Shown one piece after another: positions 13,140 through 22,231 of a stretch of 64,000 bases of DNA. Position 1 is the stretch's first letter. Each line of letters starts with the position of its first letter. The notes under the pieces were generated by a model. The model was not told where the DNA came from, did no database searches, and was given only the letters and a program-made list of their open reading frames with translations. The position numbers and the translations under genes were made by a program. The DNA is taken from assembly GCA_032251295.1 (NCBI GenBank), contig JAVVDS010000002.1, forward strand, positions 4,891-68,890. Reading direction: 5' to 3'. The stretch is from Desulfuromonadales bacterium (GTDB lineage: Bacteria; Desulfobacterota; Desulfuromonadia; Desulfuromonadales; BM103).

Positions 13140-13790
13140 TTATTGCTGCTGGTGCTTCTGCCAGTCGGCAAGGAATTTATCGAGACCGATATCGGTCAGA
13201 GGGTGCTTCATCAGTTGCAGCAACACGCTATACGGGATGGTACAGATATCGGCACCCATCAGACCGGCGCGCAGGACATGCTGAGGGCTGCGCACGGATG
13301 CGACAATAATTTCGGTGGTGTAGCCGTAGTTGTCGAACAGGGTGCGGATCTGCTCGACGCCCTCCATCCCGTCGTGACCGACATCGTCGAGACGGCCGAC
13401 GAATGGGGAGACGTAGCTGGCACCAGCCTTGGCGGCGAGCAGCGCCTGCAGCGGCGAAAAGATCAGAGTGACGTTGGTGCGCACTCCCTGCTCAGTGAAA
13501 ACCCGAGTCGCCTTGAGCCCCTCCTCGGTAAGCGGCACCTTGATGACGATTTTCTCCGGGGCAAGGTGGATCAGTTGCTCGGCCTCGCGCAGCATGCCGG
13601 CGCAGTCGGTCGCGACCACTTCAGCGGAAATCGGTCCGTCGACCAGGGCAATGATGTCCTTGAGCACAGCAGTGAAGTCGCGGCCGCTTTTGGCGACCAG
13701 GGAGGGGTTGGTGGTGACCCCGTCGACCAGGCCGAGCTGGTGAGCAGCCTTGATCTCACTGATCTCGGCGGTATCGATAAAAAATTTCAT
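13140..13790 (-). CDS. tal: Short-form transaldolase / fructose-6-phosphate aldolase family protein
   Basis: 216 aa beginning [32 protein letters not shown], with the active-site region [14 protein letters not shown]. The start is set at the ATG at 13790; the upstream extension in the ORF track is not homologous. Confidence 0.93.
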   Translation of the reverse strand: MKFFIDTAEISEIKAAHQLGLVDGVTTNPSLVAKSGRDFTAVLKDIIALVDGPISAEVVATDCAGMLREAEQLIHLAPEKIVIKVPLTEEGLKATRVFTEQGVRTNVTLIFSPLQALLAAKAGASYVSPFVGRLDDVGHDGMEGVEQIRTLFDNYGYTTEIIVASVRSPQHVLRAGLMGADICTIPYSVLLQLMKHPLTDIGLDKFLADWQKHQQQ

Positions 13791-14053
13791 GAGCGGTCTC
13801 CTTGCTTGGTATGGGTCTGCCGATAGTGCTGACGGCAGTTCTCGGAACAGAAGAAGCGGGTCTGGCCGTCGATGCGGTCCTGGAGAGCTGTTGAACGCGG
13901 CAGATAGCTGCCGCACTGTGGGTCATGCACCATCTCCTCGCCATTGTCAGTGGCACGGCTGGGCGGCGCAGAACCGTGCAACGACTGCTTGCAGTATCGG
14001 AACAGTCGATAGGCGAGAAAGCCGAAGAGTAGCCAGAGAAGCAGGCGGATCAT
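13787..14053 (-). CDS. Small membrane-anchored protein with a C-terminal Cys-rich (TRASH/MYM-like, PP0621-type) zinc-ribbon motif
   Basis: 88 aa with an N-terminal TM helix ([18 protein letters not shown]) and then DPQCGSYLP...[11 protein letters not shown]. It has a 4-nt overlap (ATGA) with the tal start and begins 4 nt after the folK stop. The family assignment is from memory. Confidence 0.55.
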   Translation of the reverse strand: MIRLLLWLLFGFLAYRLFRYCKQSLHGSAPPSRATDNGEEMVHDPQCGSYLPRSTALQDRIDGQTRFFCSENCRQHYRQTHTKQGDRS

Positions 14054-14057
14054 CACC

Positions 14058-14576
14058 CTACCAGGTTTCGCGAACGAGGGTCGGTTGCTGATCGGTGGGG
14101 AGCGCGTCGACCAGCCTGGCAATCGGCCGCTGCTGGCGCGGACAGACCAGTTCCGGGGCGATGGCAAGCAAGGGCGCAAGCACAAACGCGCGCTCGTAAA
14201 AACGCGGGTGGGGAATGATCAGCTCGGGGTCGTCGACCACCAGGTCACCGTAGAGCAGGATATCGATATCGAGGGTGCGCGGCGCCCATCGCTCCGGGCG
14301 CGTGCGGCCGAACTCATCTTCCACGGTCTGGCAGGCGAGTAGCAGCTGGCGGGGTGAAAGGGTCGTGGCGACCTCCAGGACGGCGTTGTAGAAAGGCGGA
14401 TTGTCCGCCGGGCCGCCGAGGGCGGTCGATTCGTAGACTCCCGAAGCCACCACAAGGTTAACATCGAACCGGTCGACCAGCATGTCGCGACCACCCCGTA
14501 AAAAAGCGAGGCGGTTGCCGAGATTGCTGCCGAGACCGAGAAAAACGCGCTGACTATGGGGGTCTGTATCTACCAT
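14058..14576 (-). CDS. folK: 2-amino-4-hydroxy-6-hydroxymethyldihydropteridine diphosphokinase (HPPK)
   Basis: 172 aa with the motifs FLGLGSNLGNR, YESTALGGPADNPPFYNAVLEV, RWAPRTLDIDILLYG and PHPRFYERAFVLAPL. The start is set at MVDTDPHSQ (14576). Confidence 0.92.
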   Translation of the reverse strand: MVDTDPHSQRVFLGLGSNLGNRLAFLRGGRDMLVDRFDVNLVVASGVYESTALGGPADNPPFYNAVLEVATTLSPRQLLLACQTVEDEFGRTRPERWAPRTLDIDILLYGDLVVDDPELIIPHPRFYERAFVLAPLLAIAPELVCPRQQRPIARLVDALPTDQQPTLVRETW

Positions 14577-14774
14577 TGCGCTCGAATTTAACCACAGAGG
14601 GCGGGCAGCGTCAATATCTGATCTTGCCCGGTCCTCAGCGTGTCGCCGAGTAAGGTGGTCTGCAAGAGTCAATGGGGCCGAATCGGCCCGGCGGCGAGTG
14701 CCGGGATATTGGCCGCAGCCGGTTTTATGGTATGGTGTGAGAGACCATACCCCAACAAAGGACGAAACCGACTG

Positions 14775-15716
14775 ATGACCGTGGAGCCGAGACAGGCGGT
14801 ACAAAACGTAATCGACACTCTGGCCGGGCAATACCTGCAGGGGAAGATAGAGGCCCTCAAGCGGGCCATGACCTCACTGCTGGCCGGCGGGCATCTGCTT
14901 ATCGAGGATATTCCCGGTCTCGGCAAGACCACCCTGGTGCTCGCCCTGGCCAATGCCCTCGGCCTCTCCTTCGGCCGGATCCAGTGTACCAGTGACCTGC
15001 TGCCGTCGGACATCACCGGTCTGTCGATCTTCGAGCGCGAGCGAAGCGAATTCCGTTTCCTGCAAGGGCCGATCTTCAACAACCTGGTCCTGGCCGACGA
15101 AATCAACCGGGCGATGCCGAAGACGCAGAGCGCCTTGCTGGAAGCAATGGAAGAGCGGCGGGTAACAGTCGAGGGGAAGACCTATCCGCTCCCCGAGCCG
15201 TTTATGGTGATCGCGACGCAGAATCCGGTGGAGCAGGTCGGCACCTATCCGCTGCCGGAGTCGCAACTCGACCGGTTTCTGATCACCACCGGCATCGGTT
15301 ATCCGCCGGCCGAGATGGAAAAAGCGATCATCAGCACCGGCAGCATTCGTGACGGTATCCGCGAGATCGAGCCGCTGGTGACCACCGAACAGTTGCTGGC
15401 AGCCCGCCGGGAGGTCCGCGCCAGCGTCCATCTGGCCCAGCCGGTGGTCGAATATATCTACCGCCTGACGGCGGCGACCCGCGACAATGAGCTGTTGCTG
15501 ACCGGCCTGTCGACCCGCGCTGCCATCAGCCTGGCCGATGCCGCCCGGGCCTATGCCTATCTGGCGGGCCGGGATCATATCCTCCCCGAAGATATCAAGA
15601 CGATGTTCGCTCCGGTCTGCGCCCACCGCATTATCGCCCGACCGGAACATGAAACCCTCGACCGCAAGGAGATCCTGCAATCGCTGCTCGACGAGATCGA
15701 CGTTCCCTTGGCCTGA
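14775..15716 (+). CDS. MoxR-family AAA+ ATPase
   Basis: 313 aa with Walker A (EDIPGLGKTT), Walker B (LVLADEINRA), and MoxR-type FMVIATQNPVEQVGTYPLPESQLDRF. The start is set at the ATG at 14775. Confidence 0.93.
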   Translation: MTVEPRQAVQNVIDTLAGQYLQGKIEALKRAMTSLLAGGHLLIEDIPGLGKTTLVLALANALGLSFGRIQCTSDLLPSDITGLSIFERERSEFRFLQGPIFNNLVLADEINRAMPKTQSALLEAMEERRVTVEGKTYPLPEPFMVIATQNPVEQVGTYPLPESQLDRFLITTGIGYPPAEMEKAIISTGSIRDGIREIEPLVTTEQLLAARREVRASVHLAQPVVEYIYRLTAATRDNELLLTGLSTRAAISLADAARAYAYLAGRDHILPEDIKTMFAPVCAHRIIARPEHETLDRKEILQSLLDEIDVPLA

Positions 15717-15757
15717 AACTGACCAAAGCGGGCGTCCTCTATATCCTGCTCACCCTG

Positions 15758-16591
15758 TTGCTCGGTTTTGCCGCCGTCAATACCGGCAACAACCTGCTCT
15801 ACCTGATGGTGTCGGCGCTGCTCGGTTTCATGGCGATTTCCGGTGTCCTCGGTCGCTGGAATCTGGCGCGCGTCGCGGTCGACTGCCTGCCGCCGACCGA
15901 GATCTTCGCCGGCGTGCCGACCCTCCTCGGCATCGAGCTGACCAACCGCCGCCGCTGGTTGCCGATCTTCCTCATGGAGGTGGCACTGGACGGGCACCGG
16001 GTGCTGTTCCCCGTGGTCGAGCCCGGCAGTCGACAGCATCGCCCGCTGCCGGTACGCTTTGCCAGGCGCGGTCTCCATGAGCCGCCGGTCCTGCAGATCC
16101 GCTCGAGGTTTCCGATCAATTTTTTTCTGCGCGAGCAGCTGCTGGCGACCCGGCTGGCGATACTGGTCTACCCCAGGCCGTTGCCGACGCCGCTGCCGAC
16201 CCAGGCCGATCCGGGAGGAGACCGCGGGGAGCGTCAGACGGCGGTGCGCGGTGCGTACGGCGATATCAGTCAAATCCGCGACTACCAGGGGGGCGAACCG
16301 CTCAGGCAGATCCACTGGAAGCTGAGCGCCCGCCACGACCAGCTCAAGGTGAAAGAGCTGTCGGCGGCGACCCGGGCGCCGCTGCTTATCGATCTCGAAC
16401 AGCTCCCCGGCATCGGGCTGGAAGAGCGGCTAGGGCGCGCTGCCTGGCTGGTGATGCGGCTGTTGCGCGAAGGGCGTCCGGTCGGCCTGCAGGCCGGTGC
16501 CATGGAGCTCAGCCCCGACAGCGGCGCGCAGCAGCGCCGCCTGTTACTGCAGGCCCTCGCCTACTATGGTCAGAATCCGCAGACTGCTTGA
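15758..16591 (+). CDS. DUF58-domain protein, the usual MoxR partner (vWA-like fold)
   Basis: The N-terminal TM pair (GFAAVNTGNNLLYLMVSALLGFMAISGVL) and the DUF58 signature (IRDYQGGEPLRQIHWKLSARHDQLKVKE) are present. The coordinates use the first TTG. Conserved-looking sequence (LKLTKAGVLYILLTLL) continues upstream in frame to a CTG at 15713 that overlaps the MoxR stop. Confidence 0.85.
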   Translation: MLGFAAVNTGNNLLYLMVSALLGFMAISGVLGRWNLARVAVDCLPPTEIFAGVPTLLGIELTNRRRWLPIFLMEVALDGHRVLFPVVEPGSRQHRPLPVRFARRGLHEPPVLQIRSRFPINFFLREQLLATRLAILVYPRPLPTPLPTQADPGGDRGERQTAVRGAYGDISQIRDYQGGEPLRQIHWKLSARHDQLKVKELSAATRAPLLIDLEQLPGIGLEERLGRAAWLVMRLLREGRPVGLQAGAMELSPDSGAQQRRLLLQALAYYGQNPQTA

Positions 16592-18464
16592 CGGCCTGAG
16601 CAGCGCCATCGCCCTGCTCGGCATCGCCCCGGTCGTCGCCTTCCTCGACCGGCCGCTGGTTGCCGCCGTGCTGCTGGCACTTCTGGCCGGTCTCTGGTGC
16701 GACCGGCAGCAGCGCTATTTTCTGCCGAACCGGCTGGCGGTGCCCCTCGCCCTGGTCTCGCTGCTCATCTATCTGCCGCAGCTGACCCGCGACGATGTGG
16801 CGACGCCGCTGGTGCATGTCCTGGTGGGGCTGCTGGCGATCCGCCTGCTGCAGCCGAAGCAGGCGCGCGACTATCTGCAGATCTTCGTCCTCGCCCTGAT
16901 CCTTCTGGCCGGATCCTCCCTGATCAGTCTCGACGCCGGCTTCCTTGCCTATCTGGTGCTGCAAATCTTCGCCGTCACCGTCGGTCTGGTGCTGCTGACG
17001 GTCTTTGTCAGCCAGTCCGACCTGCGGTTGACGCGCCGCGACCTTGCCAAGTTGCTGCGGGTCGCTCTGCTGCTGCCGATCGGTTCCCTGCTGCTGATGG
17101 TCTTCTTTTTCCTGATTCTGCCGCGCACCCAGCACCCCCTCTGGAATTTCCTCAACCCCAAAGAGGTGGCCCGGACTGGTCTGGCGGAGAGTGTGCAGCC
17201 CGGTTCCTTTGCTCGCATCGCCGCCGTGCGCAACCTGGCATTTCGCGCCGAGGCACCGGAGATGGCGCCGGAAGATCTCTACTGGCGGGCGCTGGTTCTC
17301 AATCGACCGCTCGGTGGGCAGTGGGTGCGTCTCGATCCGCCGGAAGCGGCCGCCGGGCGTCTGCTCGGTGGCCGGCCGGTGACCGTGGTCATCTATCCTG
17401 AGCCGCGCAACGACACCTACCTGGTAACCCTCGACCGCCCGGCCAGCCTTACTGGCCTGCGCCACCAGGTCGCCAGCGACCAGACCTATCGCAGTCGCCG
17501 CAGTATCGACCAGCGCCTGCGCTATGAAGTGCTCGCCCGACCCGGCGCCAGCCAGCAGGTCGCGGTGTCCTTTGAGCCTTCCTTCTATCTGCAGGTGCCG
17601 CCGGTGTCGGCCCGGGTCGAGGCCCTGGCCGCGCAGCTCATCGTCGCAGCACCGGAGCCGGCGGCTCGTCTGGAGGCCCTAGCCGAACTGTTTCGCGGCC
17701 GGCAGCTGGTCTATGCTGAAGACGATCTGCCGGCCGGCGACGATGTCATCGGCCAGTTCCTGTTCGATAAGCGACGCGGCTACTGCGAATTCTTCGCCTC
17801 GGCATATGTGACCCTGGCGCGGCTAGCGGGGATCCCGGCGCGGCTGGTCGGTGGCTATCTCGGCGGTGAGTACAATCCCCTCGGCGGCTACTATCTGGTG
17901 ACCGAGGATCGCGCCCATGTCTGGGTCGAAGTGCTGACCGCAGAGCGGCAGTGGCAGCGGGTCGATCCGAGCCTCTGGGCGATCAATGCGGCGGCGACCC
18001 TCGGCGCACGCGCGGGCGTACGTCCCCACCGTCTGCAGCTGCTGATCGACAGCCTGAACTACCACTGGGTACAGGCGGTGGTGGTTTTCGACCTGGCCCG
18101 GCAAATCGAATTTCTGCGCGAGGCAGGCAGAAGTGTCGCCCGGCTGCGCAAACCACAGGTCGACTGGCGCCCGCTCGGGCTCGTGGTGGGGGGCGTAGTG
18201 CTGTTCGGCGTCGCCGGGCTCTGCTGGCGTCGCCGCTTGCCGCGTCCTGAGGAGCGCCTGCTGCGTCGGCTGCGGCAGCGGGTGCGGCGTCGCTACGGGG
18301 AGACGGCCTTCCCGACCAGCAGCGGTCTGACCGAGCTGGCCGAGCGGCTGCAATCGCCGGCATGTCGGGAGTTCGCCCGCATCTACCAGGCGGCAGTTTT
18401 TTGCGATCGACGTCTCGGTAGGACGGAAGTCGAACGTCTCAAGGCGTTGTTGCGGCAGATCTAG
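16566..18464 (+). CDS. Transglutaminase-like membrane protein (DUF3488 N-terminal TM domain plus TGase core)
   Basis: 632 aa with multiple N-terminal TM helices. The cysteine-protease-like TGase core has RRGYCEFFASAYVTLARLAGIPARLVGGY (Cys), AHVWVEV (His) and WQRVDPS (Asp). The start at the ATG at 16566 overlaps the DUF58 gene by 26 nt. Confidence 0.88.
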   Translation: MVRIRRLLDGLSSAIALLGIAPVVAFLDRPLVAAVLLALLAGLWCDRQQRYFLPNRLAVPLALVSLLIYLPQLTRDDVATPLVHVLVGLLAIRLLQPKQARDYLQIFVLALILLAGSSLISLDAGFLAYLVLQIFAVTVGLVLLTVFVSQSDLRLTRRDLAKLLRVALLLPIGSLLLMVFFFLILPRTQHPLWNFLNPKEVARTGLAESVQPGSFARIAAVRNLAFRAEAPEMAPEDLYWRALVLNRPLGGQWVRLDPPEAAAGRLLGGRPVTVVIYPEPRNDTYLVTLDRPASLTGLRHQVASDQTYRSRRSIDQRLRYEVLARPGASQQVAVSFEPSFYLQVPPVSARVEALAAQLIVAAPEPAARLEALAELFRGRQLVYAEDDLPAGDDVIGQFLFDKRRGYCEFFASAYVTLARLAGIPARLVGGYLGGEYNPLGGYYLVTEDRAHVWVEVLTAERQWQRVDPSLWAINAAATLGARAGVRPHRLQLLIDSLNYHWVQAVVVFDLARQIEFLREAGRSVARLRKPQVDWRPLGLVVGGVVLFGVAGLCWRRRLPRPEERLLRRLRQRVRRRYGETAFPTSSGLTELAERLQSPACREFARIYQAAVFCDRRLGRTEVERLKALLRQI

Positions 18465-19765
18465 GTGCGTGGGGGACGCTGGCGTCGCCGGGGCCGGCGC
18501 CGCCGGCGACGTGCCGGGCGGTCGCCCGCACTCTCGGCGGCAGCTTCCTGGTCAGGGGCGGTCGTCTGCTGCCGGACCAGCGCGGCCTCCCACTGTTTAC
18601 AAAGCTCCATCTCGGCGCCGCGCACCTGTTGCCAGAGACGAAACAGCTCCAGAGCGGCCGGCGTCGCCGGGTGGCGTAGAAAGCGGCGTTCACCACGACG
18701 TCCCGGGCCGCGCCCGAGGCGGTAGCAGCCGACCAGCAGTTCTCGCGCCTGGTGCCGCAGGCCGTGGGCAATCCGGAACTGGTTGCCATAGGGGGCGAGC
18801 AGCAGTCCGGCGAGTTCGAGGACTTCACCGATCGGCCGCTCGCGCTCCGGTGGACAGTTGCGCCAGAAACGGCTGAGGAACAGGGCGGCGATCAGCTGCC
18901 CTTCATCGACCTGGCGTTGGCTGCTGGCGAGCTGGTCGATCTGTTCCAGCAGGGCAAAGGTCGGCTCATCAGCTTCGTAGCCGGCCAGCATCGGCGCCAG
19001 CAGACCCATCGCCTGGGCACGCCGCAGCACCGGGCTACCGACGCCGTAGCGGAACAGGGTCACCAACTCGTCCCGGAGGCGGGCCGGCGCGGCTTCGGCA
19101 ATCAGCGGTGCCCGTGCATAGATCGCTTCCCGGGCCGGTTCATCGAGGGCAAAGCCGAGGCGGGCGGCAAATTCGAGGGCACGCAGCATGCGCACCGGGT
19201 CTTCGGTGAACCGGACCAGCGGATCGCCGATCACCCGCAGACGGCGGGCGGCCAGATCGGCCAGGCCGCCGACATGGTCGATGACGGCAAAGCTGGCGAT
19301 GTCGTAGAACAGAGCGTTAATGGTGAAGTCACGGCGGAAGGCGTCCTCGCGCGGCGTGCCGAACTGATTCTGCACGAAAAAGGCGTGGTCGGCCGGGTCC
19401 TCCGGGAATTCCTCGGGGAGCGGGTGGCGCCGAAAGGTCGCCACCTCAACGACCTGGTCGCCGCCGAAGCGGATATGGGCGAGGCGAAAGCGTCGGCCGA
19501 CCAGCATGCCGTTGCGGAACAGGCGCCGCACCTGCTCGGGGGTGGCATCGGTCCCGACATCGAAGTCCTTCGGTTGCAGGCCGAGGAGCAGGTCGCGCAC
19601 GCTGCCGCCGACCAGGTAGGCCTTGTAGCCGCTCTGTTTCAGGCGGTACAGCACCTTGAGGGTCGGTTCATCAATCAGGGTGCGGGAGATGGGATGCCCG
19701 GCGCGCGGCAGGATCGTCGGCGCCGCCTCGGCGGTCTGTCGGTCGGTTTCGGAGTGTGGATTCAT
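18461..19765 (-). CDS. pcnB: Poly(A) polymerase I
   Basis: 434 aa closely matching the PcnB pattern: LKVLYRLKQSGYKAYLVGGSVRDLLLGLQPKDFDVGTDATPEQVRRLFRNGMLVGRRFRLAHIRFG. It has an Arg-rich C-terminal tail. The start is set at the ATG at 19765. Confidence 0.9.
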   Translation of the reverse strand: MNPHSETDRQTAEAAPTILPRAGHPISRTLIDEPTLKVLYRLKQSGYKAYLVGGSVRDLLLGLQPKDFDVGTDATPEQVRRLFRNGMLVGRRFRLAHIRFGGDQVVEVATFRRHPLPEEFPEDPADHAFFVQNQFGTPREDAFRRDFTINALFYDIASFAVIDHVGGLADLAARRLRVIGDPLVRFTEDPVRMLRALEFAARLGFALDEPAREAIYARAPLIAEAAPARLRDELVTLFRYGVGSPVLRRAQAMGLLAPMLAGYEADEPTFALLEQIDQLASSQRQVDEGQLIAALFLSRFWRNCPPERERPIGEVLELAGLLLAPYGNQFRIAHGLRHQARELLVGCYRLGRGPGRRGERRFLRHPATPAALELFRLWQQVRGAEMELCKQWEAALVRQQTTAPDQEAAAESAGDRPARRRRRRPRRRQRPPRT

Positions 19766-19978
19766 GCCTTTGATTTCGGTCAAAGATGGCAGCGCCGTTG
19801 CGTCTTCCCCTGTATAGCAGATTCCGCGGGGCGAGAAAAGCGGCATTGCCGGGCAACACGCTGGACCGGTGCCGAGCTTTCGCGCATACTGAGGCAACCG
19901 CAACCCGAAGGAGTGTCTTGTGCAGCGGCATACCGGCAACAGCGCGACAACGGTACCGAACCGGGGGGAGGCCGTCTG

Positions 19979-20893
19979 ATGACTGCGGCCTCTGAGCGGC
20001 TGCTGGTGCTGCTCGGTCCGACCGCTTCTGGCAAGACGAAGCTGGCGGTCGCTGCCGCCCGGGCTCTGCATGGCGAGATCCTCTCGGCCGACTCGCGCCA
20101 GGTCTACCGCGGACTCGATCTCGGCAGCGGCAAGGACCTGGCGGACTACGGCGAGGTCCCCTATCACCTGATCGATCTGGTCGCACCGACCGTCGAATTC
20201 AGCCTGTTCGATTTCATCCGTGCCTTCTGCACCGCCTTCAGCGCGGTCGCCGCCCGCGGGCACCTGCCGATTCTCGCCGGGGGCAGCGGCCTCTATTTAG
20301 ATGCCGTCGTGCGCGGCTATACCCTGACCGCGGCACCACCCGATCCGGCTCTGCGCCAGCAGCTGGCCGACCTCTCCCTGGATGCGCTACGCGCCAGACT
20401 TTTGGAACTGCGTCCGCAGCAGCACAACCGCACCGACCTGGAGAGCCGCGAGCGCCTGCTGCGGGCCCTCGAGATTGCTATGGCAGAACGCGACGGCACC
20501 GGCGAGACGCTGCGGTTGCCGCCTCTGCGCCCGCGGGTTTATGGTCTCACCTGGCCCAGGGACGAGTTGCGCCGGCGGATTGCCCGGCGCCTCAAGGAGC
20601 GCCTCGCCGCCGGGCTGCTCGACGAAGTGGCCGGCCTGCACGCCGCCGGAGTCAGCTGGGCGACCCTCGATTTTTTCGGGCTGGAGTACCGTTTCGTTGC
20701 CCGGCATCTGCGCGGCGAGCTGACCCATAACGACCTGTTTCAGCAGCTGAACAGCGCCATCGGCCAGTTTGCTAAACGCCAGGAGACCTGGTTCCGTCGC
20801 ATGCAACGCCAGGGGGTGGCGATCCACTGGCTCGACGGCCGTGTCGATCCTTTGGCGGAACTGCTCGCTGACTGGCGGCGGCACGCCCCATGA
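19979..20893 (+). CDS. miaA: tRNA dimethylallyltransferase (i6A37 synthase)
   Basis: 304 aa with the P-loop LLGPTASGKT, then ILSADSRQVYRGLDLGSGK and PYHLIDL. The start is the ATG at 19979, inside a longer shadow ORF. Confidence 0.93.
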   Translation: MTAASERLLVLLGPTASGKTKLAVAAARALHGEILSADSRQVYRGLDLGSGKDLADYGEVPYHLIDLVAPTVEFSLFDFIRAFCTAFSAVAARGHLPILAGGSGLYLDAVVRGYTLTAAPPDPALRQQLADLSLDALRARLLELRPQQHNRTDLESRERLLRALEIAMAERDGTGETLRLPPLRPRVYGLTWPRDELRRRIARRLKERLAAGLLDEVAGLHAAGVSWATLDFFGLEYRFVARHLRGELTHNDLFQQLNSAIGQFAKRQETWFRRMQRQGVAIHWLDGRVDPLAELLADWRRHAP

Positions 20894-22161
20894 CCGGCTC
20901 GCCCCGGGCGTGGCAACGCTACCTCGCCAGGCGGTCGTTCCATGGCCCGTGGCGGCTGGCCGGAGTGACGGCCGGTCGCTATGCCGGCGCCGTAGTCATC
21001 CCGTCCCTGGCGGAAGGGGAGAGCCTGTTTGCGACTCTCGCCAGCCTGGCAACCAATACCGAACAACTCTGTCGGCGCTGGCTGGTGGTCGTTGTGGTCA
21101 ACCAGCCGGAGGCGAGTCCTGCCGATGTGTGCGCACAGAATCGGGCCGATCTCGCTCGGCTGGCGGCGAGCGCCGCGGACTATCCCTTTGCCCTCGCCTG
21201 GGTCGATGCCGCTTCGCCCGGCCGGAGACTTCCGGTGCGCCAGGCGGGGGTCGGCCTGGCGCGCAAGCTCGGTATGGACCTGGCCCTCGCCGGCCTGGAT
21301 ACGAGTCTGCGGCCGATTTTCGCCTGTCTCGATGCCGACACCCTGGTCGAGCCGGACTATCTCTCCGCCCTCGAGACGCACTTCCAGGCCAGTCCGGCTG
21401 GCGGCGCCGTCCTCCCCTTTTGCCATCAGCCGGCCGGTGACCTCCGGCAGCAGCAGGCGATCGACCGTTACGAACTCTATCTGCGCGGCTATGTCCTCGG
21501 CCTGAGCCTGGCCGGCTCCCCTTATGCTTTTACCAGTATCGGCAGCGCTATGGCATGCCGTGCCGACGCCTACGTGCGCTGCGACGGGATGAGCCGCCGC
21601 GCTGCTGCCGAGGATTTTCACTTTCTCAACAAACTCGCCAAAACTGCCGGTGTGGCGCGGCTGCACGGCACGACGGTGCATCCCTCGGCCCGCGCGTCGC
21701 AGCGGGCGCCGTTCGGCACCGGCCAGAATATCGCCCGACAGCTGGCCGGGGAGCGCGACGTAATCCGCTTCTACCCGCTGGAGCCGTTTGTGATCCTCGG
21801 CGACTGGCTGCGGCTGGTGCAGAACGGCTGTGCGGCGCCGCCGACGGTCCTTTTGCAGCGGGCCGAACAGCTCAGCCCGGTACTCGCCGATTTCCTCGTC
21901 GCGACGGGGTGGGCAACACTCTGGCCGCGGCTGTTGTCCCAGCATCGCGATGACGCGGCACGGTTGCGGGCTTTCCACACCTGGTTCGATGGCCTGCAGA
22001 CTCTGCGTCTGGTGCATCGACTGTGCGATACAGCTTTCCCACGTGACGAGAGCCCGGGAATTCTCGTGCCGCTGTTTGCCCGTGGTGGACTGGGGAGCAT
22101 GCCGGCCGAGGTGGCGCCGGCGCTGCAACGTTTGCGTCAGGAGGAATTCGCGCCGGCGTGA
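20890..22161 (+). CDS. GT-A fold glycosyltransferase family 2-like protein with a ~150-aa C-terminal extension
   Basis: 423 aa with a GT2-like N-terminal strand (AVVIPSLAEGESL), a DxD (ACLDADTLV) and an ED-type motif (RRAAAEDFHFLNKLAK). No obvious TM helix. The start overlaps the miaA stop (ATGA). Confidence 0.65.
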   Translation: MTGSPRAWQRYLARRSFHGPWRLAGVTAGRYAGAVVIPSLAEGESLFATLASLATNTEQLCRRWLVVVVVNQPEASPADVCAQNRADLARLAASAADYPFALAWVDAASPGRRLPVRQAGVGLARKLGMDLALAGLDTSLRPIFACLDADTLVEPDYLSALETHFQASPAGGAVLPFCHQPAGDLRQQQAIDRYELYLRGYVLGLSLAGSPYAFTSIGSAMACRADAYVRCDGMSRRAAAEDFHFLNKLAKTAGVARLHGTTVHPSARASQRAPFGTGQNIARQLAGERDVIRFYPLEPFVILGDWLRLVQNGCAAPPTVLLQRAEQLSPVLADFLVATGWATLWPRLLSQHRDDAARLRAFHTWFDGLQTLRLVHRLCDTAFPRDESPGILVPLFARGGLGSMPAEVAPALQRLRQEEFAPA

Positions 22162-22231
22162 CGGTTAACAGTTCGAAACGACGGAGTTCTGTGCTAGGCT
22201 CTAAGAAAAAAATATTCTGGAGTCGACCACC

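Noticed and set aside
18752-19978. The N-terminal ~409 codons of the 713-aa plus-strand ORF 18752..20893. The same applies to similar very long ORFs antisense to real genes, for example 26377..28080, 28275..30008, 30845..32491, 32741..34471, 35145..36503, 58198..60189 and 61593..63158.
   Set aside because: These are shadow ORFs typical of GC-rich DNA. They lie exactly antisense to genes with unmistakable homology (pcnB, rpoD, dnaG, mutS2, the his genes, larE, the hydrogenase). Their translations are low-complexity and Arg/Gly/Ala/Pro-rich, and they show no recognisable motifs. Only the 3' part of 18752..20893 (miaA, from 19979) is real.
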